A stretch of 64,000 nt of DNA, from contig NC_135761.1 of NCBI RefSeq assembly GCF_052425735.1, forward strand, positions 59,210,001-59,274,000. The letters run 5' to 3'. Position 1 is the first letter of the stretch, and every line of letters begins with the position of its first letter. Positions 48,301 to 61,305 of the stretch are shown in pieces. This stretch comes from Oculina patagonica. Its lineage: Eukaryota. The notes beneath the pieces were generated by a model. That model worked only from the letters and a program-made list of their open reading frames with translations, did not search any database and was not told the origin of the DNA. Position numbers and translations under genes: made by a program.

Positions 48301-51300
48301 GTCAGGGTAACAGTGCACTGTTGCCCGCTAGCGCATGTGAGCAAAGGGTGGCAATTAATTTTGTCACCCTCGAATCTCAGTGTTTCCCTTGGCTCCACGT
48401 TGGGAAACATTAAGATTTTCGGGGGAAAAAAATAGTTGTTTTTCTCGGGACCAGTCGTTAAGTATTTTTTTGTATGGCAAGACTGTCTTTGTTGTAAACC
48501 AAATATCAACATTTTGCTAAAACGTTCAACACGAAACGAGAAAACAAATTACATTTGCCGTGACTAAGGGCTACTCATAGCTTAATTTCGTGAAACTGGA
48601 CAGCTTTACCTCTATTAAAAGAGGTCTGATTTACAGCAAGTATGGAGAACCGTTTCTGGGAGGGTGACTGCTTAACAGAGGGCCGGTTTATACAGGTTTG
48701 ACTGTCTGTATAAACGTAGTATTCATTTGTCATTTCTAAATCAGTTCACTTTTATTCTTTTTTCTCCTCAGATGCTTCTCCTGTGGATACGTTTGATATC
48801 AAAGGCTGTCAGAGGAAGCTTGCGGAGCATTATCAAAGAACAGCCAAGGTGCCCACCACTGTGTGGTCCTCAGTATTTCAGGTGGACCTTGACCAGATCT
48901 ACACTCGACTGTCCTGGGTAAAAGAAAAACAAACGCCAGCTGGGTCATCACAAACGGAACTGGGTCATTACACTGAACTTTTCACTGAGAAAACTAAGAA
49001 CGGTGCTGTGCCAAAGAGAATTCTCGTGCGAGGGGAGACTGGAATTGGAAAAACTACTTTCGTTAAAAGGCTGCTTGTGGATTGGTCGAATCTTGAAAAG
49101 GCAAAGATGAATGAGGAACAGAAAGACGCACTGAGGAAGTTTGAGCTTGTAGTGTCTGTTAATCTCAAAGACGTACCCAAGTGCCAGACGTTAAGAGAAA
49201 TTTTAAGTCGGTCACGTCTGTTTCCAGAGGATGAAGAAAAATCAATAGATGGTCTTCTCTCTTACATCAGGAGGAACCAAGAGAAAGTTCTAGTTGTGTT
49301 TGATGGTTACGACGAGTACCGCACTGGCAGCAAAGCAGAAGAAAAGTATGGCAGCCGAAGCAACTCTCCAATCTACGAAATATTTCACGGGAATATTTGG
49401 AGAGACTGTACCGTCTTGGTGACCACCCGATCTTCCAGAGCAGATGAGATGCAAGGCCCTGCCAACATGCAAGCTGAGATCACCGGGTTTACTATGTCTG
49501 ATAGAGAGGATTTTATGAGAAAGATGATTGGGAGCCAAACTCAGATGGATGATCTATTGTCATTTCTATGGAAGACCAACATGAAAGACCTAGCAAGAGT
49601 TCCGCTACTGGCTCTCTTTTTCTGCTTGCTATGGAAGGAAGAGAAGGAGAAGTTGATGGAGCTTGTTAAAAGTAAAACTAAATTGTTTCGAGCAATCACG
49701 AAGCACATTTTACAGCACAGCCACAGAAAACACTCTCCTCACGTCTCGAAGCTAAAAGAAGCGGATTATGAGGAGATCCTTGCTGAAATAGGAAAGGTTG
49801 CTTTGGCAGGTCTTCTTAAAGGCGATCTGGTGTTCGAGTTTGGTCAACTGCCTGAGAAAGTGCGTGGTGAAGAAAGTGTCATTGTTGGCCTTCTTCAATT
49901 ATCTGAGTACGGACCAAGTCTGGAACCAATGGAGATGGTATCCTTCATTCACAAGAGCATACAAGAGTACTTAGCGGCTTGGTACATAACTTATAGATGT
50001 GTCCCAGAAAGAAGTCTCGGTGGGATTGAACAGCACGCCCGCACCTTGGAGGATTGTGAGGCCTTGGAGAATGTTTTTCAGTTCATTTGTGGTTTGTCTG
50101 ACGACGGAGCAGTGAAGGTTTTGCAACACTTGAAATCAGTCAGAATCTCTGACCCAACACTGGATTTATCAAAGATAATACCAGATGTAGAAAACGAGAC
50201 AGACGTGCCACTGTTTGACGTCACTGATAGGCACCTCAGGTTCAGTGACTTGGTTTACGACTCCTTCCAAGAGGTTCCCTCCAAAGCTGAACTCTTAATT
50301 CATTGTTTTGATTGCACTGGTGGAATCGTCCTTGTTACCGGAGATAGACCACTTAATGAACTTATAGCGAAAGACAACGTCTTTACTAAACTAGCACAAA
50401 ACTGTATTTTTCTTTTTTTTGCCATTTCGTTTGGTAAGTCACTGGATTTTCTTAATTGTCTACAGATGCCACTAACATTACCAGCGAGTTCTAAAATTAT
50501 TACAGTGGGAGACTTGCTGGTAGGAAAGGTCCATGAATCTCCGTATTTAGATTATGGCTGTTGTTTTAGTGCAATCCTTTGTTGCCATAATGGTCAGTGT
50601 CAGTTTTACATAACACAATTGCTCCTGTCTTGTGAATACCATGAAAGACTATTAACGGAATCTACCGTAGATTCTGCTCCACCTGTCGCCTTGAGTTTGT
50701 CTGAAGTTCATAAGTTATTTTCTTTGTAGTAAGCTAAGCGACCAAACAGTGAAAGCTCTTGGTGCAGTCATTCGAAATTGTAAGCATTTGACTAATATTG
50801 TGGTTCAGGAGAGCGGTGACTCCATATGTGATTTTTTGAAACAAGTACCAAATCCCAGTAACTGCTCTTTGATGATCGCCTATGACGAATTTGATTTACC
50901 CCCAGGTGTTAGTGTTCACCTCACATCAGCTGCAGCAGTAGAGCTTGCCAGTTTGTTTTTGCGATTTAACAACATCATCACTCTTGAGCTTGACTTGAGT
51001 GATTGTTGTTCTGTAGCAGTGGAGACACTGGTTACAAGTATCACACACAAGACTCTTGAGAGACTGAAACTGAGTGGAATATGCCTGACTTCAAAAGCAG
51101 CTGCAGCGCTTGGTCAGTCACTTCCTGAAATGTCGTCTCTGCAAGAACTGGAGTTAACTGGGGTGAATGGAGGCATGGTGCAAGCTGAGGACATGGAAAA
51201 GCTATTTGGTGGATTCAGCAGACCACTTCCTCTGCACAGGCTTACTTTCAGTGATTTCAGCATTAGAGGCTGCCTTGCATCACTCGCCAAAATTTTTCTG

Positions 51301-54300
51301 TTCTTACCCAGTTTGAGGGTGTTGAAGCTTGAAGAGTTAGACATGGATGAACATGACCAGTGTGGTCTGCTGGAGAGCGGGTTTATTTGTAATAAACTGA
51401 CAGCACTGAGCATAGAGGGGAAAGACACAGTGAGAAGTGTTACATGCCACCTGGATGAAAACGAACTTACGCTGGATGGAGTAGGCCTGACTCTAGCAGT
51501 AGCTGTAGCGCTCAGTCGATTACTTCCTGAAATGTCGTCCTTACGAACACTCAAGTTAACTGGGGTGGATGGAAGCATTTTGCAAACTAAGGAAATGGAG
51601 ACGCTGTTTGGGGGATTTAACAAATCGCTGCCTTTGATCTACCTTACTTTCAGTGATTTCAGCGTGAGAGGTTGTCTGACTCCACTCACCAAAAGCTTCC
51701 GCTTTTTCTCCAATCTGAGAGAGTTGAATCTTGGAAGGTTTAATGGAGAGTTCAATATGGATGAACAGAACTTGTGTCTTCTGCTGGACAGCTTAAGATT
51801 CATTCCCAATCTCAAGAAATTGAGCGTAAAGGGCAAACTACTGAGTCAAGCACATTTGCTGCACAGCAAAAGTAAAAACAATAGCTAGTTTTACACACAA
51901 GACTCTCGAACAACTGCACCTGGATGGAATCAGCCTGACTCCAGCAGTTGCCGCAGCGCTTGGTGAGTTACTACCTGAAATGTCATCCTTACAAACACTC
52001 AAGTTAACTGGGGTCGATGGAAGCATTGTGGAAACTAAGGAAATGGTGGCACTGTTTGGAGGATTCAACAAACAATTGCCTTTGAGCGAGCTTACTTTCA
52101 GTGGTTTCAGCGTGAGAAGTTGTCTGGCTCCATTCACCAAAAGTTTCCGCTTTTTCCCCAATTTGAGAGAGCTAAATCTTGGACACTTGCGTATGGATGT
52201 ACATAACTTGTCTGTTCTGCTGGAGAACTTAAGAGTAACTCCTAATCTCAAGAAACTGAGCATAAAGGGCAATTCACTAAGTCAAGTGCATTGCTGCACT
52301 GTGGAAGTAAACCCAATAGCGAGTGCTACAAACAAGTCACTCGAACAACTGCACCTGGATGGAATATGCCTGACACCAGCAGTAGCCTCAGCACTCGGTC
52401 AGTTTCTTCCTGAAATGCCGTCTTTAAAAGTGCTCAAGATATCTGGATTGTATGGAAGCATTTTGGAAGCTAAGGAAATAGAGGCACTGTTTGGAGGGTT
52501 TAACAAAATACTACCTTTGAGCGAGCTTAGTTGTAGTGGTTTCAACGTGAGAGGTTGTCTGGCTCCCCTCACGAAAAGCTTCCGCTTTTTACCTAATTTG
52601 AGAGAGTTGAATCTTGGACAGTTCAATATGGATGAACAGAACTTCTGTCTTCTATTGGACAGCTTAAGATTCATTCCCAATCTCAAGGAACTGAGCGTAA
52701 ATGGCAAATCCCTGAGTCAAGCACATTGCTGCACTGCGGAAGTAAACCCAATAGAGAGTGTTACATACAAGACTCTCGAACAACTGCACCTGGTTGGAAT
52801 GAAACTGACTCCAGCAGTAGTCGTGGCACTCGGTCGGTCTCTTCCTGAAATGCCGTCATTAAGAGAACTCAGGTTATCTGGGGTGGATGGAAGCGTTTTG
52901 GAAGCTAAGGAAATGGAGGCGCTGTTTGGAGGATTTAACAAAACACTACCTTTGTGCAAGTTTACTTTCAGTGGTTTCAGCGTGAGTGGTTGTTTGGCTC
53001 CACTCACCAAAAGCTTCCGCTTTTTTCCCAATCTGAGAGAGTTGAATCTTGGAGAGTTTAATGGAGAGTTCAGTATGAATGAAAAGAACGTGTGTCATCT
53101 GCTGGACAGCTTAAGATTCATTCCCAATCTCAAGAAACTAAGCGTAAAGGGCAAATCACTGAGTGAAGCACATTGCTGCACTGCAGAAGTAAATCCGATA
53201 GCGAGTGCTACACACAAGACTCTTGAGCAACTGTACCTGGATAGAATAAGCCTGACTCCAGCAGTAGCCGCAGCACTCGGTCGGTCACTTGCTGAAATGC
53301 CGTCATTAAAAGTACTCAGGTTAACAGGGGTGGTTGGAAGCATTTTGGAAGCTAAGGAAATGGAGGCGCTGTTTGGAGGATTTAGCAAAACACTGCCTTT
53401 GAGCAAGCTTACTTTCAGCGATTTCAGCCTGAGAGGTTGTCTTGCTCCACTCACAAAAAGCTTCCGCTTTTTCCCCAATTTGAGAGAGTTTAATCTTGGA
53501 GGGTTTAATGGAGAGTTCAATATGGATGAACAGAACTTGTGTCTTCTGCTGGACAGCTTAAGATTCATTCGTAATCTCGAGACACTTAGCGTAAAGGGCA
53601 AGCTACTAAGTCAAGCACATTGCTGCACAGCAGAAGTAAACCCAATAGCGAGTGTTACACACAAGACTCTTGAGGAACTGCACCTGGATGTAATAAGCCT
53701 GTCTCCAGCAGTAGCCGCGGCACTCGGTCGGTCTCTTCCTGAAATGCCGTCATTAGAAGAACTCAGGTTAATTGGGGTGGATGGAAGCGTTTTGGAAGCT
53801 AAGGAATTGGGGGGGCTGTTTGGAGGATTTAACAAAACAGTACCGTTGCGCGAGCTTTCTTTCAGTGGTTTCAGCGTGAGTGGTTGTTTGGCTCCACTCA
53901 CCAAAAGCTTCCGCTTTTTCCCCAATCTGAGACAGTTGAATCTTGGAGGGTTCAATGGAGAGTTCAATATGGATGAACAGAACTTGTGTCTTCTGCTGGA
54001 CAGCTTAAGATTCATTCCCAATCTCGAGATACTTAGCGTAAAGGGCAAATCACTGAGTCAAGCACATTGCTGCACAGTGGAAGTAAATCCAGCAGCTAGG
54101 GTTACACACAAGACTCTCGAGGAACTCCACCTGGATGGAATAAGCCTGACCCCAACAGTAGCTGCGGCAATCGGTCGGTCACTTCCTGAAATGCCGTCAT
54201 TAAAAGTACTCAAGTTAACTGGGGTTGATGGAAGCGTTTTGAAAGCCAAGGAAATGGAGGCGCTGTTTGGAGGGCTTAGCAAGACACTGCCTTTGAGCGA

Positions 54301-55024
54301 GCTTTCTTTCAGTGGTTTCAGCGTGAGAGGTTGTCTTGCCCCATTCACGAAAATCCTTCACTTTTTTCCCAGTTTGAGAGAGTTGAATCTTCAAAAGTTA
54401 AACATGGATGAACATGACTTATGTGACCTGCTGAACGCACTTTCCTCCACAGCGGAAGTAAACACAACAGCTAGTATCACTTGCAAGGCTCTCGAGAAAC
54501 TGAATCTCATTAGAATAAGCCTGACTTCATCAGCAGCCGCGGCGCTTGGACGGTCACTTCCTGAAATGTCCTCCTTACAAAAACTTCGGTTAACTGGGGT
54601 GGATGGAAACATTTTGGAAGCTAAGGAAATGGAGGCGCTGTTTGGAGGGTTTAACAAAACACTGCCTTTGACCGAGCTTACTTTCACTGGTTTCAGCGTG
54701 AGAGGTTGCCTTGCTCCACTCACAAAAAGTCTCCAGTTCTTCCCCAATTTGACACATTTAAATCTTGGTAAGTTAAATATGGATGAACATGACTTGTGTG
54801 ATCTACAGGAGAGCTTGCAATTCATTCCCGATCTGTCGATGCTGAACCTTTCACGCAACCCACTGGATCAGGCAGTGAGATCTATCGTGCCACACGTCAG
54901 TAACTTGCTGAAGCTTCAGAGGCTTTTCATTGTTCAAACAGGTCTTTCTGAAGAAGATTTCAATTATGTTATAGAGACCGTCCGGCAAGCTCTACCTGAA
55001 CTCACAATTTATGGAGACAGCTAA
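45302..55024 (+). pseudogene. NLR immune receptor: HEPN (DZIP3-like) - coiled coil - NACHT - LRR array; two frameshifts in this sequence
   Basis: Exons 45302-45920, 47038-47493 and 48772-55024 join in phase 1. RNKWGH (Rx4H), Walker A GETGIGKTT, Walker B VVFDGYDE, VTTR, FIHKSIQEYLAA, then LxxLxLxG repeats. Frame breaks at ~50697 and ~51856. Confidence 0.88.
51050..54850 (+). repeat. Tandem LRR super-repeat, 9 modules of 375-448 bp
   Basis: The ATG of the L[P/A]EM motif lies at 51130, 51532, 51980, 52415, 52850, 53297, 53744, 54191 and 54566. Confidence 0.95.
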
Positions 55025-56197
55025 TTCTCCTCAGTTTCCTGTGGTGTGATTTGACTACTTTTATTGACTACTTTGACCATCCCTCTTTGGTACTGACTTT
55101 CGTAGCTTCTAGTCGAACTGTTTACTAAGAGGCTAACGAGATAAAGTGGTTTAAATGTATTCTAACATATTCATTGCCGCTTTGATAGGAACTCACAGCA
55201 AAGCAACTAGGCCTACGGGAAAAAAAACTAGTCCTGCGCATGAATTAAATTTCATTCTGGTCCTCTTTTGTTCTTTGCTGCGTTAAATTTACTGTCGTGC
55301 CAAACTTAAATCAGGATCCTGAACGCAATTAGAGTCATCTGAGTCATCAAAATAAACGCCGCAGGACGCTGAGATCTTAAGATACTGCCCATGTACATGA
55401 AGCATTGCAGCTTCATGGATATGGATCGCCTCGAACATGTCAATTAGCGGTATGCTTCTGGCTAAGCCGATCACTGTACCACACAGCCAAAGGCGTATCT
55501 TCAGTACAAAGTTGTAATTTAAATCTTTAGTAAAATGAATCTTATACATGGCTTGTGACAGCAAAAAAACAAAACTTCATTGTCAGTGTGTTTGACGGTG
55601 ATGTAACATGTTAGCCATTTGCCAAACATAAACACGTCACTGAACGATTTAGAAATAGCTTTAATTTTAGAAATGTCATGTTTTTAAGTCTGCATTTAAA
55701 ATTGTAAATAGGAGGGCATTTCATTTTAATAAAGTAAATATACAGACTTTACAACATTGCAAACATTGTCATGAAAAAATTTAGAATCGTTATTTAGGAA
55801 CAGTTTCAACTTCATCATTTTATTTATTTGCAACTTCAGAATTACAAATACAAATTAAAATAACGTAAAAAGATAGGGCGAGGAGACCTCCAAGAAACCA
55901 CAAGGCTTATGGGGGAGGCCACCTTGGGTTAGCAATAAGTTTGTTATTTCGCTGTGAATGTGCAGCTAGGCCAATTTCAGACTCATTTTATTAGAAATTT
56001 AATCATTTTTTTCTTAAAAGAAGAGAAGCTACTCGAACCAGTGATCGATTCTGGTAGAGAATTCCAAATTTTAGGACCCTGGAAAAGTATTGTAAACTGA
56101 ACATGACTTCATAACTTCATAACGAGTATAGTCTTTATGATCTACGCATAAAACACTTACATTTATCTTCTACACTTACGCATAAAACACTTACATG

Positions 56198-56645
56198 TAT
56201 CTTCGAATAAACCGCTTCATTAAGCTATAACATGCTTCAAAACGAAGTGTGAGAGTTATCGGTGCACGAATATCTGGTAAAAACAAAAGTGATATTGAAA
56301 ATCGCTGCCGGAAAATTCGAACGTCTGTTGTTAAACTGGAGTTCTGATTTGATGACTTTCACAGTATACCAAGGCAGAATACTCAGTAACAAAGTTACCA
56401 AAAATAAAGTTACAACTTTCAGATATTTTCTCGCTGTCCGTGAGGAATGTTTCCAGTAAAGCTCTAACTTTTCCAACTCTGCTTTTGTGTTTTAGTTTCC
56501 AATAAGTTACAAATGTCGTGATCAGTAAAAACGACATCGGTACTGAAAAGAAAACATGGATGTTAACTGTGTAGAAGACCTTTTCGTTTATCCCAGCAAA
56601 CGATAAACACAAAAAGCAGCAAGAGTGATTCTGTTTCGAATAACG
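56198..56645 (-). pseudogene. 5'-truncated, frameshifted paralogue of the GPCR at 61306-62223
   Basis: SFAGINEKVFYTVNIHVFFSVPM..TYWKLKHK and KYLKVVTLFLV..ILPWY lie in different frames. Downstream flank 55290-55780 matches 60550-61040. Confidence 0.85.
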
Positions 56646-56649
56646 CGAT

Positions 56650-58980
56650 CTCGTTTTGCCAGTAGACCAATTACCGTATACTGAACTAAAATGTTTTCTA
56701 GAAATTTTCATCACCTTTACCTATCAAAATATTTGTATCTATATAATAATAATATACATGTGAATACTGGTTAAACTTCAACAAAACAATTCTCCAAAGC
56801 ATCATCATATGATCTAAAATGGGGTAGCCAAAAACCAAACTAATCGATTCTGTAGCAGGTGTCCATTTGTCAAATCCGTTTGACTCCACAAACATAATTT
56901 ATGGAATTAACTAGCTAATGCAATTAAAATCCTCGTGAATTGACGTTGTAAAATTGTTTTCATGGCTTTAGATCATTGACAATCACCTGTCACAGAAAAT
57001 ATACTTCAATGTATTGGTGAACTCCCCGTTAAATACAAACCACAGCGTGTAAAACGCATCAGAAGCAAACGCGAAAGGAATAGCAAATCGTTGCCAGAAG
57101 AATCCTGCCTTGTTTGCCAAACAAACATCGCATACAGTAGTCATACATCTTACAATATACCACGGTAAAATTGATATCACCATTGGCAAATAAAACATGG
57201 CGAACTTTTGTAAATATTTTCGAGCGCCTAATGCATTTCTGGCTCTCTCAAATTCAGCTTTCTTTCTCTGTTGTGGGAGTTGGATGGATTCATCTGGTGC
57301 TACTCTGGATGATCTGTTTTTTAGCTTTCGGTACGTTAACCAACATACCACAATGAAAGCTAACCACGAGCAAGAGCAAAATAGATGAATGTAAACGATG
57401 TAATAAGTCCGTTCGTCGATTCCGGTGAACGACAAACAGGAGCACAGCAAGCACAAAGATACAATGGACAGAGAAACTAAGTAAGCGGCCCGTTTGGTAA
57501 TTTTCACTCGGTGGAAATGAGGATGCGTGTAAGCGGCATATCTCTCAATGTTCATCAGTAAGAGCATTGCAAGCTTTGACGCGATCAAGAAATCCGTTAA
57601 CAGCGACGTGAAGCTTGGAAAATCGAAAGTTTCCAGTTCGTTGTTTACGCCTCGAAGAATTTCAGTGACGCCGAAATATGGCAGAAGAACTGTCCCAGCC
57701 AACAAGTACAGAACAAGACTGACATCCTCGATTCTGTGAATCGCTTTGCGAGTCACGTTCAAAGGATTCTTCACAACGGCAATAATAAGAATAATACTTC
57801 CAAAACATGCCAAACAAGCAAAAATAAGCGATATTGTTCCATTTGCTACCATAACCGCGGAATAAAACTCCATGTCTAGAACTGGCGAAATAGTATTTTT
57901 CACTTTTTTTAGGGTTGTCAGGCAAGCGTTATCAGCAAAATCATACCATCTGCCAAAACACATGACAGATTCAAAAAGCAATTTAGTGTTATGAATATAT
58001 TTCTATATCTCTATGCATAATTGACAGAATCTTTAATATGTTTCCTGCTGAGTCGGTGCAATCAACTCAACGGACAATTATATGCCAGATGAAATTTCGT
58101 GTCCTTCATTAGGAACCTTCAATTTTTAAGTGCTATAAAGGGCTTAGTTAACCTTGCAATATCATATCAGGCAGACAAGTGGCAAAATTCAATACAAAAT
58201 GTTTACGAGATATTGTCATTTATCAGTTAAAACAAATGTACGTCAATCGCTAAAAAAAATGTTTCGTGGCTTGGGGCACGAAGACGGATAGAATATTAAA
58301 AATTAAAACGACTCGGTAAATTATTGAGTGGCTACACCTGTCAAAATGACAATTTAACAAGAAGACTAGCGCAAAAATTAACTGGATATTTAATCATGCA
58401 TGATCTATTCAGTGGCACGTAGTGGCCCAATGTTAACCAGAATTGCACGATTTTCTAAAATAGACCTTTTTGGGAATCCGATTAAAGGATTTTCCTTTTA
58501 AATGCACCATCTATTTACGAATGGAGCATTAAATAAAAATTAATTCCTCTTAGGTTCTCTTAGCTTTAAACCAAGGGGTTTTGTCGAATGCTAATGAGTC
58601 TGAGTTGTGATTTTAAAACCTTTTAAATTTGTTATCAGCAGCTGTGGACGTCTGTTTGCGTTCAAGAACAAACAAAACCTTCATCGATTGGTTAGCATGT
58701 AATAGATTGCAAAAAAACCTTTTGCACTCTGATAATTATAAATGGAACAAAAGCGTTAACAAATGTAAAAGAAATGGAAATAGGAAACTATGGTGTTCAT
58801 AACACATGGTAGACCGCTGGGAGAAATTACCCCGTCATTTTTTGAGTAATGTTACATAATGCATTCACGTTCTTTTTTACCTCTCGAATCTTCGTTGCAC
58901 GCAACCGAAATTGAATTGCTGAGAATGTGGAAATTTATTTCATTTTATTCCGAAATTTAATTTTTAAAAATGTGGAGATT
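56650..58980. repeat. Segmental duplicate of ~19046-21930 (GPCR A plus flanks)
   Basis: Colinear similarity from TCGTTTTGCCAGTA to TTTAAAAATGTG; the 19161-19740 insertion is present only in the left copy. Confidence 0.92.
56983..57873 (-). CDS. Intronless rhodopsin-type orphan GPCR, copy A2
   Basis: 296-aa ORF nearly identical to 19958-20848; NIERY and ILPWY motifs present. Confidence 0.85.
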   Translation of the reverse strand: MEFYSAVMVANGTISLIFACLACFGSIILIIAVVKNPLNVTRKAIHRIEDVSLVLYLLAGTVLLPYFGVTEILRGVNNELETFDFPSFTSLLTDFLIASKLAMLLLMNIERYAAYTHPHFHRVKITKRAAYLVSLSIVSLCLLCSCLSFTGIDERTYYIVYIHLFCSCSWLAFIVVCWLTYRKLKNRSSRVAPDESIQLPQQRKKAEFERARNALGARKYLQKFAMFYLPMVISILPWYIVRCMTTVCDVCLANKAGFFWQRFAIPFAFASDAFYTLWFVFNGEFTNTLKYIFCDR

Positions 58981-61305
58981 TATTTCACTTTATGCCGACA
59001 ATGGATTATTATAAAGCAGGTGAACGCTATCGAAAGGATCTATATTGCATTCATAATGACATCGGAAGTCACCCATCAATTTTCAATTGGATGCTCAAGA
59101 GCTAGGAAAATTCCCTACAGAAATAAACCAAACTTCGTAGTGAGCATTAGTTCGTCAAAATGGTTTAAAATAATTAATACAATTCCCTCTTTGAATATAT
59201 CCTAATGGTGTTGTCATTTTGCCTCGTTTACTTCTCACATTTATGACCAAACAATTAAATTCGGGCTAAATTTAAAGTACTTGTACTGTGGGATTTCTCA
59301 GCATGGCGTAATTTAAAATACAATGGGAATACGGCCTAATCCCTACTCGACAGAATTATAATTACAACTACGGTTGCGGTCTGCGACCACCGAGCCGCAC
59401 CAAAACACTCTTTGTGCCTCCTTAGCAGACAATTCGTTAGATTAGGTTATATTTATTTGTAATTTATAAACATTCATTTTAAATTGTATAATTCATGAGG
59501 TCAATAAAAATTTATACCTTAATTAAATTGGTGATTTCCCGTTTCTGCGCTGAAAACACAAAGAACCTGGTCTGTATAAATGGAAGCAATTATCTAAATG
59601 ATGCCATTTCGATAGCTGGAAACCAATACCAATTCAAAATTTGTCAGTAAACAGACGTAAAATAGCTAGAGATTTTATAACCTAGACCATTTTGTACCGA
59701 TAGAATCCGATCGTAGCAAAAAAGTCATTAGTATGGAACCATGATTTATACATAACCTTATTGATAAATAAATAATTAACATTTGCCATATCAACGATGC
59801 AGGAAACAAAAAACCTTACATGACCTTATGACTTTCAATAGCTTCACAAATGCCATTTCAACAGATTCTATATTTGAACTTGTATAAACAATTTTCAAAA
59901 AGACAAACAAACGGACAGCTGTGGTTACCAAGTTTGTAAAATTTAGACAGTCTTATAGTATGAATTTAAGTGTTGATTTATTACTAACAATTATCAATAA
60001 ATGAACCTTAAACCTATATGTCACTACCTTAAACTTATATGTCACTAGAAAATTACGAAATCCTATCTTACTAATTTACTGATGATTATTTAAATTGTAG
60101 TTGTTGTAAAGCATGCAGTTTCACCTCGCTAACATAAAGCCATTATCCAAAATTTGGAATGCTAATTTTTCCTAGCATTTCGTTATAGGTATGTACGAGA
60201 AAGTGAAAACGTGGCTGACTAGCTTGCGTCCAAAGCTCCACTGAAGTTATAACAAAAATTCTAGCTACCCGAAATTAACAAGAATATTTTATGATTGATA
60301 GCACATGCGACCATTAGGTTATAGCCTTGTCATAATTTTAATTATATTCTTGTTAATTTAATATAGCCTATTAATTAAGATATTAAAATATCTTAATTAA
60401 TAGGCTATATTTAACTTCAGAATATTATGCCACAAAAAAAGCAAACAAATGCACGACCTTTAACATTTTTGGTTGACTTAGGCCATGTTGGTAAGTCTGT
60501 ACTGATTTGAATTTGTAATAATATTTCAATGTTTCATGCTGCTTTAAATTAATGTCGTGCCAAACGCAAAATCAGAACCAGGATGCACTTAGAGTTATCT
60601 ACATTCATCACAATCAACGCCGCCATACACTGAGATCGTTAGATATGCTGACGGATCCCTTATTGGCCTCTCAGCTTCATGGATATGGACCGCCTCGAAC
60701 ATGTCAACCAGCAATATGCTCATGGCTAGTAAGCTGTTCGATCATCTACCACACACCCTAGGAGAGGACGTGGGACGTATCTGCAGTACAAAACTGTACT
60801 TCATAGTCGTCTACATGACTTGTGACAGCACAAACAATCCTTCTCGTCAGTTTGATTGACAATGTTGCAAAATGTAAACTGTCAGCCATTTGCCAAGCAT
60901 ATACAAACAAATGCACAATTTTTAAATAACTTTAATTCACAAATGTCATGTTAACTGAGTCTGTATTTGAAATTGTAACAAGTTCGTGGGAATTTTATTC
61001 AATTTAATGTAGTAAACATTTAACATTGTAAATATTGTCTAAAGCAAAGCTTGTGGGTAAAGTAAATAGTACAAAACATAGCGAGATTAAAAAACAACGT
61101 TTCGACATCGTTCACGATGTCATTGACCTACGTATTTACTTGATAATGACATCGTGAGCGATGTCAAAACTTTGTTTTTAAATCTCGCTATTTTTTTTTC
61201 ACTAAGGGTGACAAAAAAAAAACAAACTTGGAATCGGAATCTTGTTTGCAGGTAGACTTTTATCTTCATGATGCGACTCACCTTCGTGATGTACGCGTGA
61301 AACAA

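Noticed and set aside
51114-54858. Series of minus-strand ORFs of 65-169 aa
   Set aside because: Antisense shadows of the LRR modules.
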